Below are positions 27,772 through 37,381 of a DNA stretch of 64,000 nt, piece by piece. Numbering within the stretch: the first letter of the stretch is position 1; each line of letters opens with the position of its first letter. The stretch comes from Clostridia bacterium (GTDB taxonomy: Bacteria > Bacteroidota > Bacteroidia > Bacteroidales > 4484-276): NCBI GenBank assembly GCA_009928785.1, contig SABY01000002.1, forward strand, positions 10,147 through 74,146, written 5' to 3'. The notes below the pieces were generated by a model that made no database searches, was not told the DNA's origin, and saw nothing but the letters and a program-made list of their open reading frames with translations. Position numbers and translations under genes: made by a program.

Positions 27772-27907
27772 AATCCGTCTGAGGTTCAAGTATAGCAATG
27801 GAAGCAAAAGCATTCAAAATGTTTTGACCATTTTTTAACAATTGTATCTGTTATTGAAAGTAGGATTGAAAACCTTTCTGCGCTTTCAAAAGGTTTGAAT
27901 TGCCCGG
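27772..27907. repeat. 136-bp direct repeat, copy B (pairs with 21803-21938)
   Basis: Same alignment as copy A. Lies 146 nt upstream of the operon start at 27625. Confidence 0.8.
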
Positions 27908-28169
27908 ATAATTTTTGTTTTAGAAATATATATCAGCTTTCCAATGTCGGGTATTGTTGATTACAATCAGTTTCCCAACTGCCGGGTCATTTTCGTTGAG
28001 CACTAACAATCAGTGAAATTTTATTTCATTTCAGGACTGATTAGTTTCCTCTATTTTATTAATAAAAAAACAGGGGATGACGCACATAATTGGTATATTA
28101 TCAGCCCAGGTTTCCCTGATGCCTATGCGATCCCCTGTATTTTGTTTTACAACGAAATGATGATGGCGG

Positions 28170-28646
28170 TTATGCCTCGTCGTCCTCGTCTTCTTCTTCC
28201 AAATCCATCATCATACCCCAACTGATGGCTGTAAGCGCACCTTCGTCGAAATAGAAGTCGATGAGAGCATCGTCAAACGAAACACGTTTTTCGTTTTCGT
28301 ACTCTTCGTCTTCCATCATCTCGGTGTCCATGTCCACGTAGTCGTGGTCGTTCATCAGCTTGATGATTTCGGCCTCGTTGAGGTCGAAAAGTTTTTTGCC
28401 GAAGAGGGTAATGCCACGATTTTCGGTCTCGAACTGCGTGAGTACGGGTTCTTCGTCCACTTCAAAGAAAAGCGACAGTTCCATGTCGTCGTAATGATAG
28501 ATCATGCTATCACCCATGTCTTCGTCTTTGATTTCTTCTTTGTCGTCAGGCTCGCCCAATTGGGCAACGATTTGTTTGGGTGTACTACCAAACTCAAGCG
28601 CACCAAATCCCTCCAGTGGCTTAATCTCGAATGACATTTCTTTCAT
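28170..28646 (-). CDS. highly acidic hypothetical protein (158 aa)
   Basis: Long ORF with coding-like composition, D/E-rich, with tail DLEEEDEDDEA. No recognised domain. Confidence 0.5.
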   Translation of the reverse strand: MKEMSFEIKPLEGFGALEFGSTPKQIVAQLGEPDDKEEIKDEDMGDSMIYHYDDMELSLFFEVDEEPVLTQFETENRGITLFGKKLFDLNEAEIIKLMNDHDYVDMDTEMMEDEEYENEKRVSFDDALIDFYFDEGALTAISWGMMMDLEEEDEDDEA

Positions 28647-28669
28647 AATTTGTAATAGTTTTTAATGAA

Positions 28670-29482
28670 TTATTTTAATGGTGAATTTGGTTCGTGCAAA
28701 AAATGCCTGAAAACCATTTTGTTGAGAAAATGCGGTACAAATTTATTAAGATAAACGATTGCCTTGCCCTGGGCTGTGAGGATAATATTGTTTTTGCGTT
28801 TGTAAATGGCGCGTGCAATTTTATGGGCAACTGTGGTGGCGCTCATGAGTTTGTTTTCGTTGAGTGGCGATTCGCCTTGTCGGGAGCCATCGGCTGCCAA
28901 GGCCACATTCCGGATGTTGGAACTGGTAAAACCCGGACAGGCTATGAGAACATGTACGTTGGTGTGTAGGTTTTCGATGCGTATTACTTCCATCAGTCCC
29001 TGTATGGCGAATTTGGAGGCAGAGTAACCGGTGCGTCCCGGCAGCCCTTTGTAACCCGCCACCGACGATACTGCTACCAGCGAACCCTGCGAAGCTTGCA
29101 GATGTGGCAGTGCGTATTTGGAACAATAGGCTGTTCCCCAAAAGTTGACATCCATAACTTGCTTTAGCACGTCGATGTCCACATCCTGAAAAAGTGCGCG
29201 CATAGAAATACCCGCATTGTTGATAATCACGTCGATTTTTCCATACTTATCAATGGCAGCCTGTATTAGATTTTGGCAGTCGGTTTCGCGGCTCACGTCG
29301 GTAGCCACAGCAAGCATGTGTTGGCCTTTTTGGTGCAGTGATGTTTGCATTTGCTGAAGTTTGGCTGTATTGCGTGCGGCGGCTACCACGCGTGCACCCT
29401 GACCGGCAAATTCGATCACCAGCGCCTCCCCTATTCCTGAAGAGGCTCCCGTTATCACAACAACTTGGTCTTTAAAATTCAT
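28670..29482 (-). CDS. SDR-family oxidoreductase
   Basis: VVVITGASSGIGEAL, NNAGI and YSASKFA motifs; 270 aa. Confidence 0.9.
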   Translation of the reverse strand: MNFKDQVVVITGASSGIGEALVIEFAGQGARVVAAARNTAKLQQMQTSLHQKGQHMLAVATDVSRETDCQNLIQAAIDKYGKIDVIINNAGISMRALFQDVDIDVLKQVMDVNFWGTAYCSKYALPHLQASQGSLVAVSSVAGYKGLPGRTGYSASKFAIQGLMEVIRIENLHTNVHVLIACPGFTSSNIRNVALAADGSRQGESPLNENKLMSATTVAHKIARAIYKRKNNIILTAQGKAIVYLNKFVPHFLNKMVFRHFLHEPNSPLK

Positions 29483-29582
29483 GATTGCGAAAACAACGTT
29501 ACAAACTGCATCTAATTTTACCTAGTGAAAAACTATTATCAAAAAACACTTTATTTGCCTTCTTCGTCATTTGCCCGGCAAG

Positions 29583-29936
29583 ACTACCAATTACTACCAA
29601 TTACCACCAATTACCCCCAATTATCATCAATTACTACCAATTACCACCAATTACCCCCAATTATCATCAATTACTACCAATTACTACCAATTACTACCAA
29701 TTACTAAATTACCACCAATTACCACCAATTACCACCAATTACCATCAATTACCATCAATTACAACAAATTACTACCAATTACAACAAATTACCACCAATT
29801 ACCATCAATTACCATCAATTACAACAAATTACCACCAATTACAACAAATTACCACCAATTACTACCAATTACCACCAATTACCACCAATTACTACCAATT
29901 ACTACCAATTACTACCAATTACAAACCAACAACCCC
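29583..29936. repeat. G-free tract of about 35 tandem 10-bp units (CCAATTAC[CT]A and variants)
   Basis: No G on the + strand across 354 nt. AATT recurs every 10 bp, with one 3-bp phase slip near 29705. Confidence 0.95.
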
Positions 29937-29940
29937 GTGT

Positions 29941-32862
29941 CTAATTCCCGCCCAGGGTTTTGTCGGCTTGCTGCTGTGCGTCAGCTTTTATTTTGTCGGC
30001 CTGGCGACGGGCAGCATTCATAATATTATCTGAATTTTTCTGAGCTTCTTTCACCAGATTATCGGCGGTATCGTCGGCTTGGGCCAGCAGGCTTTTGATG
30101 GTAGCTTTGGCGGCAACCTCGGCAAGCGGTCCGTTCTTTTTGGCTTCAGCCATAAGTTTGTCGGCTTGTTTGCGGGCCTCTTCTTTGGCCTTTTCGGCAC
30201 TTTGGCGCGCGGTAGCCATCAGTGCGTCGGCTTGTTTCTGCGCATCAGCAATAACTTTTTGCGCCTGCTTGTCGGCATCGTCAATAATCTTTTGTGCCTT
30301 GGCTCTGGCTTCAACTTTGCCCTCTTCCAGTTTCTGACGCGCTTCCTGTTCGAGTTTTTCTTTTTGTCGCTGCAATTCTTCGAATGCTTTATTTTTCAAA
30401 TCATCCACCATCGATTTTCCGGAGCCATCGCCCGGAAAAAGTCTTACGACCGGGTCAGTTAGTGTTCCGCCAATGTTGGCCTTTACTGTAACAGTTTCGC
30501 CCAGGCTAAAGTTGGTTCCCACCTTGTTGGCTTCCTTCACCAGGTTGTCGAGGATGTCGTTGGCTGCACCGCCAAATTTGGCGCGCGGAATTGTCAGAAT
30601 CATGTCGTAGCTTATGGTTTCATCCAACGCTGTCCAGCCGCCGACGCTGGCGTTGATGTCGGCATATTTGATATCAAAAGGTTCTACAAGCAATTTCCCG
30701 TCGATAAATTCAAATGAAATATCTACCGGTCCCATCAGCAATCGCTTTAGGTCGGGCATTTTGAGCAGGTCGGCTAATTTGTTAAAGGTGTTTACATTTT
30801 GGATGGTGATGGTGGTAGTTTGCAGGCTTCCTTTTCCGTTGAGGCTGCTGTAAATGGGCATCATTTCTTTGTCGAGCAAAGTAGTCATGTTGAAGTTGGT
30901 GGTAAATCTGCCCTCTGTTTTTTCGGCTATGGGAGTAAACTTTTCGATGGTGCCAAAGCTTTTGTAAGCCGACTGGATGTCGATGTCAGCAATGCGCATG
31001 TCGAGCTGAGCTTGTGGCCGTGCGGGGTTTTTCGCATCGTACTTTCCTGACAGGTTTGCCGTCCCCTCCAAAACGCCCATGTTGAGATTGTCGAGCGTGA
31101 TGGCTTGATTGGCCACTACCATCTTTCCGTTAACATTCGTCAGTTCCAAATTATCATAAATCACTTTATCGAAATGTGTAGTAAGCGTGAAGTCGATATT
31201 GGCGGGAACCTCGATAACGCCCATCGAAGCGGTATCTGCCGTGGGCGGAGATTGTGCAGGATTAGCAGATTCAGTGGCCGGAGCAGAAGTATCGGCGGGC
31301 ATCAGATCGGTGATGTTAAGATACGCCGACTTAAGGTCGAGCTGTCCCAGGAGCGTTCCGTCGGAAAGGACGTAGGGCAAAAAGTTCTCGATGCGTCCGG
31401 TAGCCGAAAAATCGTTGCGGCCAATATTCATAGCAAAATTGACCAAATCGAGATAGGCCGGCGAAAAGTTGAGCTGTGCGCTGGTGATATGCACCGGCTC
31501 TGTGAGATATTCGGTTGGATATTTAAAATCCTTCATCAGCAGCGAACCGATGAATTTAAAATCATCATAACGTTCATTTTCGATAGCCGACATCGCGCCC
31601 TCAAAAGAAACATCGGCTGTGACGGTTCCGCTAAGCGATTCGGTTTCCTGGAGCGGATACACCTCGCCAATGCGCGACAAATCGGCTTCGCCTTCGATGG
31701 CTCCTTTTAGGTGCAGGTCGCTCATTGGATTTTTAATAAAAAGATTAGCTGAAATTGCGTTGCCAGCCATCACCAGGTCGAAACGGGAAACATCGACGGT
31801 AAGATTGTCGAAGTCGCCGCCGGGGAAGTTGATGCGCGTGTCGATATTTACATCGCGCACGGCCTGCGGCAGGTCTGGATATTGGAAGAAGCCATCCTTC
31901 ACTTCCAGATTGACAGCAAAAGCAGGATAATCCGTTTCGGTGTACATTCCTTTCACGTTGCCGTTGATAGCCAGGGTACCGGAGGTTTTCAAGCCGTCGA
32001 AATTGTTGCTGTAGATTGCCGGCACCATCGAAAGGAAGTTTTTGAATTCCGATTTTTGGGATGCAAAGGTCAGCATCAGGTTCATATCGCCATTATCCTG
32101 CATTCCCACTGAGCCATCAAAGCCAATAAACAATTGATTGAGGCGCAATTGGTTTTCCTTTAAAGTGTAGATGCTGTTGGCCAAATCGGCATCGATTCTG
32201 GCATCCAACACCGCCTCCACATTGCGAAGATATTTTACACCATCATAAATTACAGTTACATGTTCGATGCTTGTGTAGGTATTTAATGAAGTGAAATCGA
32301 GCGTAAAATCGCCGGACATTTTAAAATCGACGCCATCAAGCAGGGCATAGGTGGTAAGGCTTTCGTCGTTGTAAATGATGCGCCCTTTATTGATGGTCAC
32401 ATTTTGCAATTCGATGACGAAAGCCGCAGAAGGTTCTTCACCAGCAGGTTCGGGTGCAGGTTCAGAAGGTAGCGCTATGTCGTAGTTGGCGATTCCCTCT
32501 TTAGTTACCAGCACATTTATTAATGGTTCGTTGATGTGTACTTTGCGCAACTTATAGTTTTCGCCTTTGATTACGCTCATCAGGTCGAGTGTAAGATCAA
32601 ATTGAGGAATCCACGCCAGCGTATCGCCCTCGAAAGGCGCTTTATTAGCCACCGAGAGTCCTTCGAGACGGAAGTTGAAGTTGGGAAAACTTCTGAATAA
32701 CGATAGGCTAAAGTCGGTGAAATCCACCTGGGCATTCACATTTTTATTAATCTCCACTTTTACTTTTTCCACGATCTGGTCGCGGAAAAAATAAGGAATG
32801 GCCACCATTGCAAGGATTATCACTAAAAAAATGATTCCGATAATTTTAAGAAATAGTTTCAT
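29941..32862 (-). CDS. AsmA-family protein with N-terminal membrane anchor and C-terminal K/A/Q/D-rich coiled-coil tail
   Basis: N-terminal TM MKLFLKIIGIIFLVIILAMVAIPYFF. The long beta-rich body is typical of AsmA-like proteins. The tail has repeated ADKQA/AQKQAD-type motifs. Confidence 0.7.
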   Translation of the reverse strand: MKLFLKIIGIIFLVIILAMVAIPYFFRDQIVEKVKVEINKNVNAQVDFTDFSLSLFRSFPNFNFRLEGLSVANKAPFEGDTLAWIPQFDLTLDLMSVIKGENYKLRKVHINEPLINVLVTKEGIANYDIALPSEPAPEPAGEEPSAAFVIELQNVTINKGRIIYNDESLTTYALLDGVDFKMSGDFTLDFTSLNTYTSIEHVTVIYDGVKYLRNVEAVLDARIDADLANSIYTLKENQLRLNQLFIGFDGSVGMQDNGDMNLMLTFASQKSEFKNFLSMVPAIYSNNFDGLKTSGTLAINGNVKGMYTETDYPAFAVNLEVKDGFFQYPDLPQAVRDVNIDTRINFPGGDFDNLTVDVSRFDLVMAGNAISANLFIKNPMSDLHLKGAIEGEADLSRIGEVYPLQETESLSGTVTADVSFEGAMSAIENERYDDFKFIGSLLMKDFKYPTEYLTEPVHITSAQLNFSPAYLDLVNFAMNIGRNDFSATGRIENFLPYVLSDGTLLGQLDLKSAYLNITDLMPADTSAPATESANPAQSPPTADTASMGVIEVPANIDFTLTTHFDKVIYDNLELTNVNGKMVVANQAITLDNLNMGVLEGTANLSGKYDAKNPARPQAQLDMRIADIDIQSAYKSFGTIEKFTPIAEKTEGRFTTNFNMTTLLDKEMMPIYSSLNGKGSLQTTTITIQNVNTFNKLADLLKMPDLKRLLMGPVDISFEFIDGKLLVEPFDIKYADINASVGGWTALDETISYDMILTIPRAKFGGAANDILDNLVKEANKVGTNFSLGETVTVKANIGGTLTDPVVRLFPGDGSGKSMVDDLKNKAFEELQRQKEKLEQEARQKLEEGKVEARAKAQKIIDDADKQAQKVIADAQKQADALMATARQSAEKAKEEARKQADKLMAEAKKNGPLAEVAAKATIKSLLAQADDTADNLVKEAQKNSDNIMNAARRQADKIKADAQQQADKTLGGN

Positions 32863-32878
32863 GACGTTTTATTTTTAA

Positions 32879-33976
32879 TCAATTATTTTTAAGTCGAAAA
32901 GATTCATAGACCAAATTTCTAAGATAAAAATCGGCGATTACCAGTGCTGCCATTGCTTCCACCACTGGTACCGCCCGTGGCACCACGCAGGGATCGTGAC
33001 GGCCGGTAACGGATATTTGCATCTCCCGGCCGCTTTTGTCCACCGTCGTTTGTTGCCGTGCAATGCTCGCCGGCGGCTTAAAGGCCACCCGAAAATTGAT
33101 GGGCTGCCCGTTGGAAATTCCACCCTGGATACCTCCGGAGTGGTTGGTGCGCGTAGTGATTGCGTTGTTTTCAACCACAAAAGCGTCGTTATGTTCAGAG
33201 CCTTTGCGCAAAGCAGCGGCAAAGCCCTCTCCCACCTCAAAACCTTTGGCTGCATTTATGCCCATCATGGCCGATGCCAGTGCAGCACTGAGTTTGTTAT
33301 AGACAGGCTCGCCCAATCCGGCGAGAACCCCTGAAATGGTGCAAGCCACCACACCACCCACCGAATCGCCGTGCTCGATGAGTTCTTCGAGGAGTTTTTT
33401 CATTTGCAAAGCAGCAACTGCATCAGGGCACCGCGTGGGATCTGCGTCCACAATTGCCTGGGTTATGTTTGGAAATTGCTCATTTGTAGTAATATTTCCA
33501 ATCTGATGGGTATAGGCCAGCACCTGAATCCCCAGTGGTTTTAACAGATGCATGGCAAAAGCGCCTGCTGCCACACGCACCAGCGTTTCGCGCGCCGAAG
33601 AACGTCCGCCGCCCCGTAGGTCTGCATGTCCATATTTTTTGTCGTACGTATAATCAGCATGAGAAGGCCGATAAATATTGGAAAAGGCGTCGTAATCAGC
33701 GCTGCGCTGGTCGCTGTTGCGGATGATGAAAGCAATGGGCGATCCTGTGGTTTTGTTTTGAAAAATGCCGGAAAGAACTTCAATTTTATCTGCTTCACGC
33801 CGCTGGCTCACGACGGCAGACTGGCCGGGCTTGCGCCGATTGAGATATTGCTGCACAACATCCAGGTAGATGGTGACGCCGGGAGGAAACCCGTCGATAA
33901 CGCCGCCCATGGCTGTGCCGTGTGATTCGCCAAAGCTGGTGATGCGTAATATTTCTCCGAAACTGTTTGAGGCCAT
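32879..33976 (-). CDS. aroC: chorismate synthase
   Basis: FGESHG..., GGGRSSARET and GRHDPCV motifs; 365 aa. Confidence 0.95.
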   Translation of the reverse strand: MASNSFGEILRITSFGESHGTAMGGVIDGFPPGVTIYLDVVQQYLNRRKPGQSAVVSQRREADKIEVLSGIFQNKTTGSPIAFIIRNSDQRSADYDAFSNIYRPSHADYTYDKKYGHADLRGGGRSSARETLVRVAAGAFAMHLLKPLGIQVLAYTHQIGNITTNEQFPNITQAIVDADPTRCPDAVAALQMKKLLEELIEHGDSVGGVVACTISGVLAGLGEPVYNKLSAALASAMMGINAAKGFEVGEGFAAALRKGSEHNDAFVVENNAITTRTNHSGGIQGGISNGQPINFRVAFKPPASIARQQTTVDKSGREMQISVTGRHDPCVVPRAVPVVEAMAALVIADFYLRNLVYESFRLKNN

Positions 33977-34144
33977 AGCGTTTGGTAATTCCCAATAATA
34001 AAAAACAACAGCAAAGGTCGGTGTTTATAGTGTTACAAAAAGTTAATTGACAAAAAAGATGATAGAAGTTAGAGGTGAGAATTGAGGAAATCCATAGCCC
34101 AGGCATTTATGCCTGGGATTAAAATGATTGAAATGAAGGGTTGT

Positions 34145-34189
34145 CAAAAACCCCCGGTGGAATTGGTGTTACAATCTTACCGGGGGTTT
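34145..34189 (-). terminator. rho-independent terminator of the DUF349 gene
   Basis: 11-bp stem AAACCCCCGGT / ACCGGGGGTTT, followed on the minus strand by TTTTTG. Lies 25 nt past the stop at 34214. Confidence 0.7.
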
Positions 34190-34213
34190 GATTATGATGC
34201 TGCTAAAGAGCTG

Positions 34214-36781
34214 TTATGCGTCGTTAAGCAGTTTGAGTTTAGATTCGAGAACTTGCAGTTCTTCTTTGGCCTTATTGATTTTCTTTTCAAACTCATCTTT
34301 AAATAAGTTGGCCTTTTTGCTGTCGGCCAGGAAACCAATGTTGTTTTCCCACACGTGGATGTCGTCGCGCAGGGTGTTGATTTTTCCCTGTATGAAAATG
34401 CGCTCTCTGGAAAGTGTTCGCTGTGCATCGGGCGCCTCTTTTACTGACTCCATGCGGCTGCGGTAAGACGACAGCGAAATCTCGCGGTTGCTGATGTTGA
34501 GCTTGTCGAGTTGTTTGTTTACGATGTTTCTGAAAGCATTCTGCAACCGGTCTTTGTCTTTGAAAGGCACATGGCCAATGTCGGTCCACTGACGCTGGAA
34601 GTCTTTGAGTTTGTTGAGGTTTTCTGATTTATCTTCACCAAATTCGGTTTCCTCAAGCAGCTTTATAAGTTCCTCTTTGCGGCGCAGGTTTTCGCCTTCG
34701 TCCTCACGAATGCTGCCAAAATGTTTGGTTTTGGTGTTGAAAAAGGCGTCGCAGGCAGCGCGGAAACGTCTCCATATTTTGTCAGCGTTTTTGCGTGGTA
34801 CCGGGCCTATCTCTTTCCACTCTTTCTGCATGTCGATAAGCTCGCGGGTGGTTTGCTTCCAATCAGTGCTTTCGCTGAGCGCTTCGGCACGCACACAAAG
34901 ATCAAGTTTTTGATTGTAGTTGTTGATTTGCTGATCTTTGAGTTTTCCAAAATACTCTTTCTTTTCGCTGAAGAAGTTGTCCATGGCGGTGCGGAAGCGC
35001 TCCCATACTTCGTCGTTCTGCCGTTTGGCAGCGGGACCCATGGTTTTCCAAACTTTGAAAAGCTCATTGAATTGATGGGTTTTTTGCTGCCATTGTTTCA
35101 GCGATTCAACCTGACCTTCGAGTAACTGCTCGGCTTTTTCGCACAGCGCTACTTTTTGCTGGTAGTTGATGTCGTGCTGATCTTCCATCAGCTTATAATG
35201 ATCGCGCCGACGCTGATTGATTTTGTCGGTAGTAGATTTGAAACGTTCCCAGATTTCTTCGTTTTTGTCGGCTGGCACCGGCCCCACCTCTTTCCACTGT
35301 TCGTGGAGTCGTTGTAGTACTTTGAACGATCGGATGATGGACGATTCGAGCAAAAGCTCCTCGGCGCGTTCGCAAAGCTCAATCTTTTGTTCCAGGTTTT
35401 TCTTCAGGTCCAGGTCTTTTAGCTCTTTGTTGATCTTTACTTTATCAAAGAACTTTTCCACCAGGAAATGATAGTTCTGCCACAAATTGTTTACTTCGGC
35501 TTTGGGCACTATTCCCAGCGATTTCCATTCTTCCTGCAAGGCGCGGAAATCGTCGTAAGTCTTTTTGAGGGTTTCTTCAGAAGCGATAAGTTCTTTCAGC
35601 TCATCAAGTATCTGTTGCTTGCGCGCAAGGTTTTGATGTTTCTGTACCTCAAGCTGATCAAGATATACACTTCGTTTTTGTTTGTAAATGGCAAAAAGAC
35701 CATCAAATTTTTCCTGGAGCGCATCGTGCAACTGCTCAGGTTGTTTGTCGGCAACTTCCTCCCCACTCTCTTCACCCTCTTCATGTTCGGTGGTGGCAAG
35801 GCTTTGCTGAATTTGATCTTCTTTGTGGGCTTTTGTTTTTTTGATAAAAGCGACTTTTATCAAAGCTACCTTCGATTTTATCTCGTTCACGTCGTCGGCA
35901 GCCACCAGTTTTTCAAGTTGATCGATAAGCTCCTCGCGTGATAATTCTTCGTAGTTGGTAATCTCATCCTCGTCGTGATCCTCCTCTTCATCTTCTTCTT
36001 CGTCATGGGTTTTCTCCAGTACTTTGTCGGCAGTTTTTGCTGATGCAACTGCTGTTAGTTGCGCCCCTGGGTCAACCTCCGCTTCGGTTTCAGTTTCAGC
36101 AGCAACTTCCGGCTCTTTAGCAGCTTCGGCTTTGCTTTCGATCTCAGTTTCAGCAGCAACTTCCGGCTCTTTAGCAGCTTCGGTTTTGCTTTCTGGCTCT
36201 GTTTCAGCAGCAACTTCCGGCTCTTTGGCGGCTTCGGTTTTGCTTTCTGGCTCTGTTTCTGCAGCAACTTCCGGATCAGCAACAGCTTCGGGTTCCACGG
36301 GAGATTTTGTTTCGGCCTCAGCCAATGCTTCGATTGGTTTTTCTTCAACGATTTCCAAAACTGGTTCAGCGGCTGGTTCTTCCGTTTTCGCGGCGTCATC
36401 GGGAGTAAACTCAGTTGATGCATCCACCGTGGCAGGCTCAGTTTCGCCTTGCGGAGTAGCTGCCGTTTCGATAGCAGGCACTTCCCCGGCTACTCTTTTC
36501 TCTACTGCTGATGCAATCAATTCGACACCTCTTTCAGCTTGAACTTCAGGGGTAGCATCAATTTGCTTTTCATCGCTGATTCCGCTTTCAGCAGCCTCTT
36601 CATCCAGTGGTGGTTTTGCTTGCGCAACGGTGCTTTGGGTTTGTTCGTCGGTAGATTCCTGAACCTGATCTACTGTTTGATGGGTTTCTTGCTGTGGTTG
36701 GTCGGCCTGGAGCGTCTTCTCATCCTGCGTCCCGTTTTGGGATTCATCAGGAATTTGATTGGTTTGATCTTTTGTTTCCAT
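34214..36781 (-). CDS. DUF349 repeat protein with acidic repetitive N-terminus
   Basis: Multiple repeats of the W..F......F type (EEWKSLGIVPKAEVNNLWQNYHFLVEKFF, EVWERFRTAMDNFF, KIWRRFRAACDAFF). The N-terminal third is E/A/T/P-rich. Confidence 0.8.
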   Translation of the reverse strand: METKDQTNQIPDESQNGTQDEKTLQADQPQQETHQTVDQVQESTDEQTQSTVAQAKPPLDEEAAESGISDEKQIDATPEVQAERGVELIASAVEKRVAGEVPAIETAATPQGETEPATVDASTEFTPDDAAKTEEPAAEPVLEIVEEKPIEALAEAETKSPVEPEAVADPEVAAETEPESKTEAAKEPEVAAETEPESKTEAAKEPEVAAETEIESKAEAAKEPEVAAETETEAEVDPGAQLTAVASAKTADKVLEKTHDEEEDEEEDHDEDEITNYEELSREELIDQLEKLVAADDVNEIKSKVALIKVAFIKKTKAHKEDQIQQSLATTEHEEGEESGEEVADKQPEQLHDALQEKFDGLFAIYKQKRSVYLDQLEVQKHQNLARKQQILDELKELIASEETLKKTYDDFRALQEEWKSLGIVPKAEVNNLWQNYHFLVEKFFDKVKINKELKDLDLKKNLEQKIELCERAEELLLESSIIRSFKVLQRLHEQWKEVGPVPADKNEEIWERFKSTTDKINQRRRDHYKLMEDQHDINYQQKVALCEKAEQLLEGQVESLKQWQQKTHQFNELFKVWKTMGPAAKRQNDEVWERFRTAMDNFFSEKKEYFGKLKDQQINNYNQKLDLCVRAEALSESTDWKQTTRELIDMQKEWKEIGPVPRKNADKIWRRFRAACDAFFNTKTKHFGSIREDEGENLRRKEELIKLLEETEFGEDKSENLNKLKDFQRQWTDIGHVPFKDKDRLQNAFRNIVNKQLDKLNISNREISLSSYRSRMESVKEAPDAQRTLSRERIFIQGKINTLRDDIHVWENNIGFLADSKKANLFKDEFEKKINKAKEELQVLESKLKLLNDA
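36090..36275. repeat. in-frame 54-bp tandem repeats (about 3.4 copies) inside the DUF349 gene
   Basis: Encodes EVAAETEPESKTEAAKEP x3 plus a partial copy. The nucleotide units are nearly identical. Confidence 0.85.
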
Positions 36782-37143
36782 TAACTAAAGAAATTTTGTC
36801 GTACGTAACGTTTTGTTTTTACAGTATTCCGGTTTTTATACTGAAATAAAAACCTGATAATTAGATGTCTTTTTTTAAAAAAATGAGTGCAAAAATAGCA
36901 TTTATTCGATGGCAGAATCATTCGGCAGAATTTTAACTTTTACCGCCTGCCACCGGGCAACAAACTGCGCACATGAATCTACGATTTGTAGAGTTTTTTA
37001 TCCACAATTCATTCATAGTTTCAAGCGGTGGTTTCGATAGAAATCCAACGCCAATCGGCATTACCCATATTCAATATTTCCGCCCAACCAAGTTGGCACA
37101 TTTTTAAAGCATAAGTGATGTTGAAATAAATAAAATTTGAATT

Positions 37144-37356
37144 ATGCGTAAGGCAGGATTTGTAATGTTGTTTTTGGGGATTGTTGGTGTAGCCGTATTC
37201 GGTATTCAAACACTAAGCCATGCCGAAAATTTTTCTTTTTTGGGAATTATGATCGGGCGTGATGTGGCTGGGGATATGCCATTGATATTAAGCGCGCTGT
37301 TGCTGGTAGCAGGCATTTTAATATTGAAACTTATCAAACCATCCTTAAATAAATAA
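37144..37356 (+). CDS. small two-helix membrane protein (hypothetical)
   Basis: 70-aa ORF with two hydrophobic helices. Weak support only. Confidence 0.3.
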   Translation: MRKAGFVMLFLGIVGVAVFGIQTLSHAENFSFLGIMIGRDVAGDMPLILSALLLVAGILILKLIKPSLNK

Positions 37357-37381
37357 CCAAACCTTTTTAAAACCTAAAATT

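Noticed and set aside
28013-28225. 70-aa + strand ORF in the spacer upstream of the five-gene operon
   Set aside because: It overlaps the 3' end of the acidic-protein gene on the other strand, has a low-complexity AT-rich start and shows no motif.
29485-30033. Three overlapping + strand ORFs (182, 60 and 150 aa) translating to TTNYHQLPPI-type repeats
   Set aside because: They are a by-product of a G-free 10-bp repeat, which cannot encode TAG or TGA, and TAA happens not to occur there. All three frames are open simultaneously, and the region sits between two well-supported minus-strand genes.
36024-36542. 172-aa + strand ORF rich in S/A/V repeats, plus other ORFs at 36055-36423
   Set aside because: These are antisense or alternative-frame readings of the 54-bp repeats within the DUF349 gene.
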